Below, in pieces: positions 62,597-64,000 of a stretch of 64,000 nucleotides of DNA. The translations under genes and the position numbers were made by a program. The notes beneath the pieces were generated by a model. The model saw only the letters and a program-made list of their open reading frames with translations. It ran no database searches and had not been told where the DNA came from. Every line of letters begins with the position of its first letter. The stretch's first letter is position 1. Source of the stretch: Spirochaetota bacterium (GTDB lineage Bacteria; Spirochaetota; UBA12135; COTS27; CBDBHE01). The stretch spans positions 107,944 through 171,943 of the forward strand of contig CBDBHE010000002.1 of the NCBI GenBank assembly GCA_965205605.1, in the 5' to 3' direction.

Positions 62597-64000
62597 ATGC
62601 TATTAAAGAAAAATTTGAAAAAACATTATATTTTTTGCTTAATTTTAATTCTTTTTATTAAACTAGAGCCTTTGTTTTCTCAAGAAGTTTCGGATAGCAA
62701 ATTAACTACTTTAATAGGGAAAGATGTTGTTATTAGAAGTTATTTAAAAGGGGGTGATTTTGTTTCTGGTCAAACTTGGGATTATAATAAAACAGGCGAT
62801 GGTTTTTTGCCTGCTAGAGGTCTTGTTGAAAAGAGTGGTGCGGTTCCTATCACTCAAACTTCTCTGGGGCCTAGACTAGATGGGACTCAGTATCTTTCAA
62901 TTAGAGAGACCTTTGTTGGTCTTAGTGGGGCTACTGCTGATGCTCATCGACTTTTAATTCGCAGAACTATTTCACCTGAGTCTGATACTGAATACACGAT
63001 TTTAGTGCATTTTTATTATGAAGGGGGGGGTATTATTTTTTCTACATTACGAGAAGAAATAGGACTTGATTCATATTCGGACCTAATTTCTTCAGACTCA
63101 CTTAATAGTGAGGCATATTCGGGGTTTCAAAAGAGAGCAGGAGGAGGAGGAAATTTTATTACAGTTCCTCTTAGGGATGTAAACCCAAGAGGATCAATAG
63201 CGCTAGAGACAGATACCTTATATACTCTTTGTCTTGTAAAAAAACACCCTACAATAGATGTTTTTTTGATTAAAAGTACTAATGAAAGTACTTTGCATTA
63301 TAGGGATCCTTATTCTACATGGAGGTTTGGACCTATAATTTCAAATATAACAGGTCTTGGAGGGCCAGGTTACCAAGATATTGGGGAAAATTTCAAAGGG
63401 GTTATTTACCAAGTTTTGAGTTTGAAAGGTGTTTATACTGTGGGTGAACTTGAACAAATTGACTCTTATATAAAAGAAAATCAGTATTCAAAGATCACAA
63501 GTATTTTTTCTGATGGAGGAGGTAACCCAATTGTTGCTTCTAATGCAGGTTCGCTTGTTGTTATAAAAGGACGGAATTTTGGTGTTGAAAGGGATGTGGG
63601 TCGTAGTGTTTTACTTGGTTCGAGAGAAGTTGTAGCGGAAGCTTGGTCTGATACAGAAGTGTCATTTAGAATCCCAGTTGACACTCAAGTAGGAATTTTT
63701 AATGTTAATGTAAAAACTTCTTTTGTTGAAGGAACTCCGATAGCTTTTAAAGTAGCTAATACAAGAATTTATTTACCTTTACCTAATTCTTCTGAAGAAT
63801 TTATTAATGATGAAACATTGGTTTTTCCAAGAGCCATTAGGCCTTCAAAAGACTTGAATTCCGGTATAGGTCGTACTTATTTAAAAATAGACGAACTTAA
63901 GAAAGGAGAGAAGGTTACAGCGGTTGTTTATAATGATAGGGGTAAAGAGATAAAAATTCTTTTGAATAATGAAGAATTTCTATTTGGTACTTCTACAATT
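62597..64000 (+). CDS. Single-unit paralog of the giant LamG-like/IPT repeat protein (3' end runs off the window)
   Basis: Missing from the ORF track because it has no stop. My translation: MLLKKNLKKHYIFCLILILF signal, VVIRSYLKG, GPRLDGTQY, HFYYEGG, GLGGPGYQ, FKGVIYQVLSLKG, WSDTEVSFRIP; open for 468 codons. Confidence 0.9.
   Translation, partial: MLLKKNLKKHYIFCLILILFIKLEPLFSQEVSDSKLTTLIGKDVVIRSYLKGGDFVSGQTWDYNKTGDGFLPARGLVEKSGAVPITQTSLGPRLDGTQYLSIRETFVGLSGATADAHRLLIRRTISPESDTEYTILVHFYYEGGGIIFSTLREEIGLDSYSDLISSDSLNSEAYSGFQKRAGGGGNFITVPLRDVNPRGSIALETDTLYTLCLVKKHPTIDVFLIKSTNESTLHYRDPYSTWRFGPIISNITGLGGPGYQDIGENFKGVIYQVLSLKGVYTVGELEQIDSYIKENQYSKITSIFSDGGGNPIVASNAGSLVVIKGRNFGVERDVGRSVLLGSREVVAEAWSDTEVSFRIPVDTQVGIFNVNVKTSFVEGTPIAFKVANTRIYLPLPNSSEEFINDETLVFPRAIRPSKDLNSGIGRTYLKIDELKKGEKVTAVVYNDRGKEIKILLNNEEFLFGTSTI

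Noticed and set aside
4294-63684. Short antisense or alternate-frame ORFs (4294, 7126, 8613, 10697, 13914, 16558, 16900, 17987, 18246, 18520, 19353, 23369, 26994, 28168, 32710, 34377, 36779, 39807, 40747, 42233, 43309, 44533, 45506, 46960, 48337, 50650, 51884, 61704, 62294, 63481)
   Set aside because: All lie within or across well-supported genes and show no motifs; treated as shadow ORFs.

Overview
AT-rich bacterial chromosome segment, most likely from a spirochete (fliF/fliG/fliH/fliI followed by a FlcA-like TPR collar protein, spirochete-type FliF motifs). It is mostly housekeeping: mreC/mreB, ornithine decarboxylase, rpsF-ssb-rplI-dnaB (no rpsR), ugd, mutY, metE, PTS enzyme I, guaB, dapA, proS, lysA, cyclophilin, Nif3, nadB, LptD-like, UDP-GlcA decarboxylase, citrate synthase, nrdB/nrdA (class Ic signature), tRNA-Arg(CCT), UDG-like and serC. 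Accessory highlights: (i) a ~2300-aa exported protein of five ~400-aa LamG-like+IPT/TIG units whose frameworks are nearly identical in DNA but whose defined loops are hypervariable and mosaic, plus a single-unit paralog at the window end; (ii) a shared C-terminal sorting-like domain on these two proteins and on a pseudogene; (iii) a spermidine synthase-DUF350-YjfI-like-PspA envelope-stress cluster; (iv) a Tat-lipoprotein formylglycine-generating enzyme near a secreted sulfatase; (v) an unassigned structured element upstream of metE. Several genes, some essential, carry +1 homopolymer frameshifts that are most likely sequencing errors. All calls come from reading the sequence; no searches were run.
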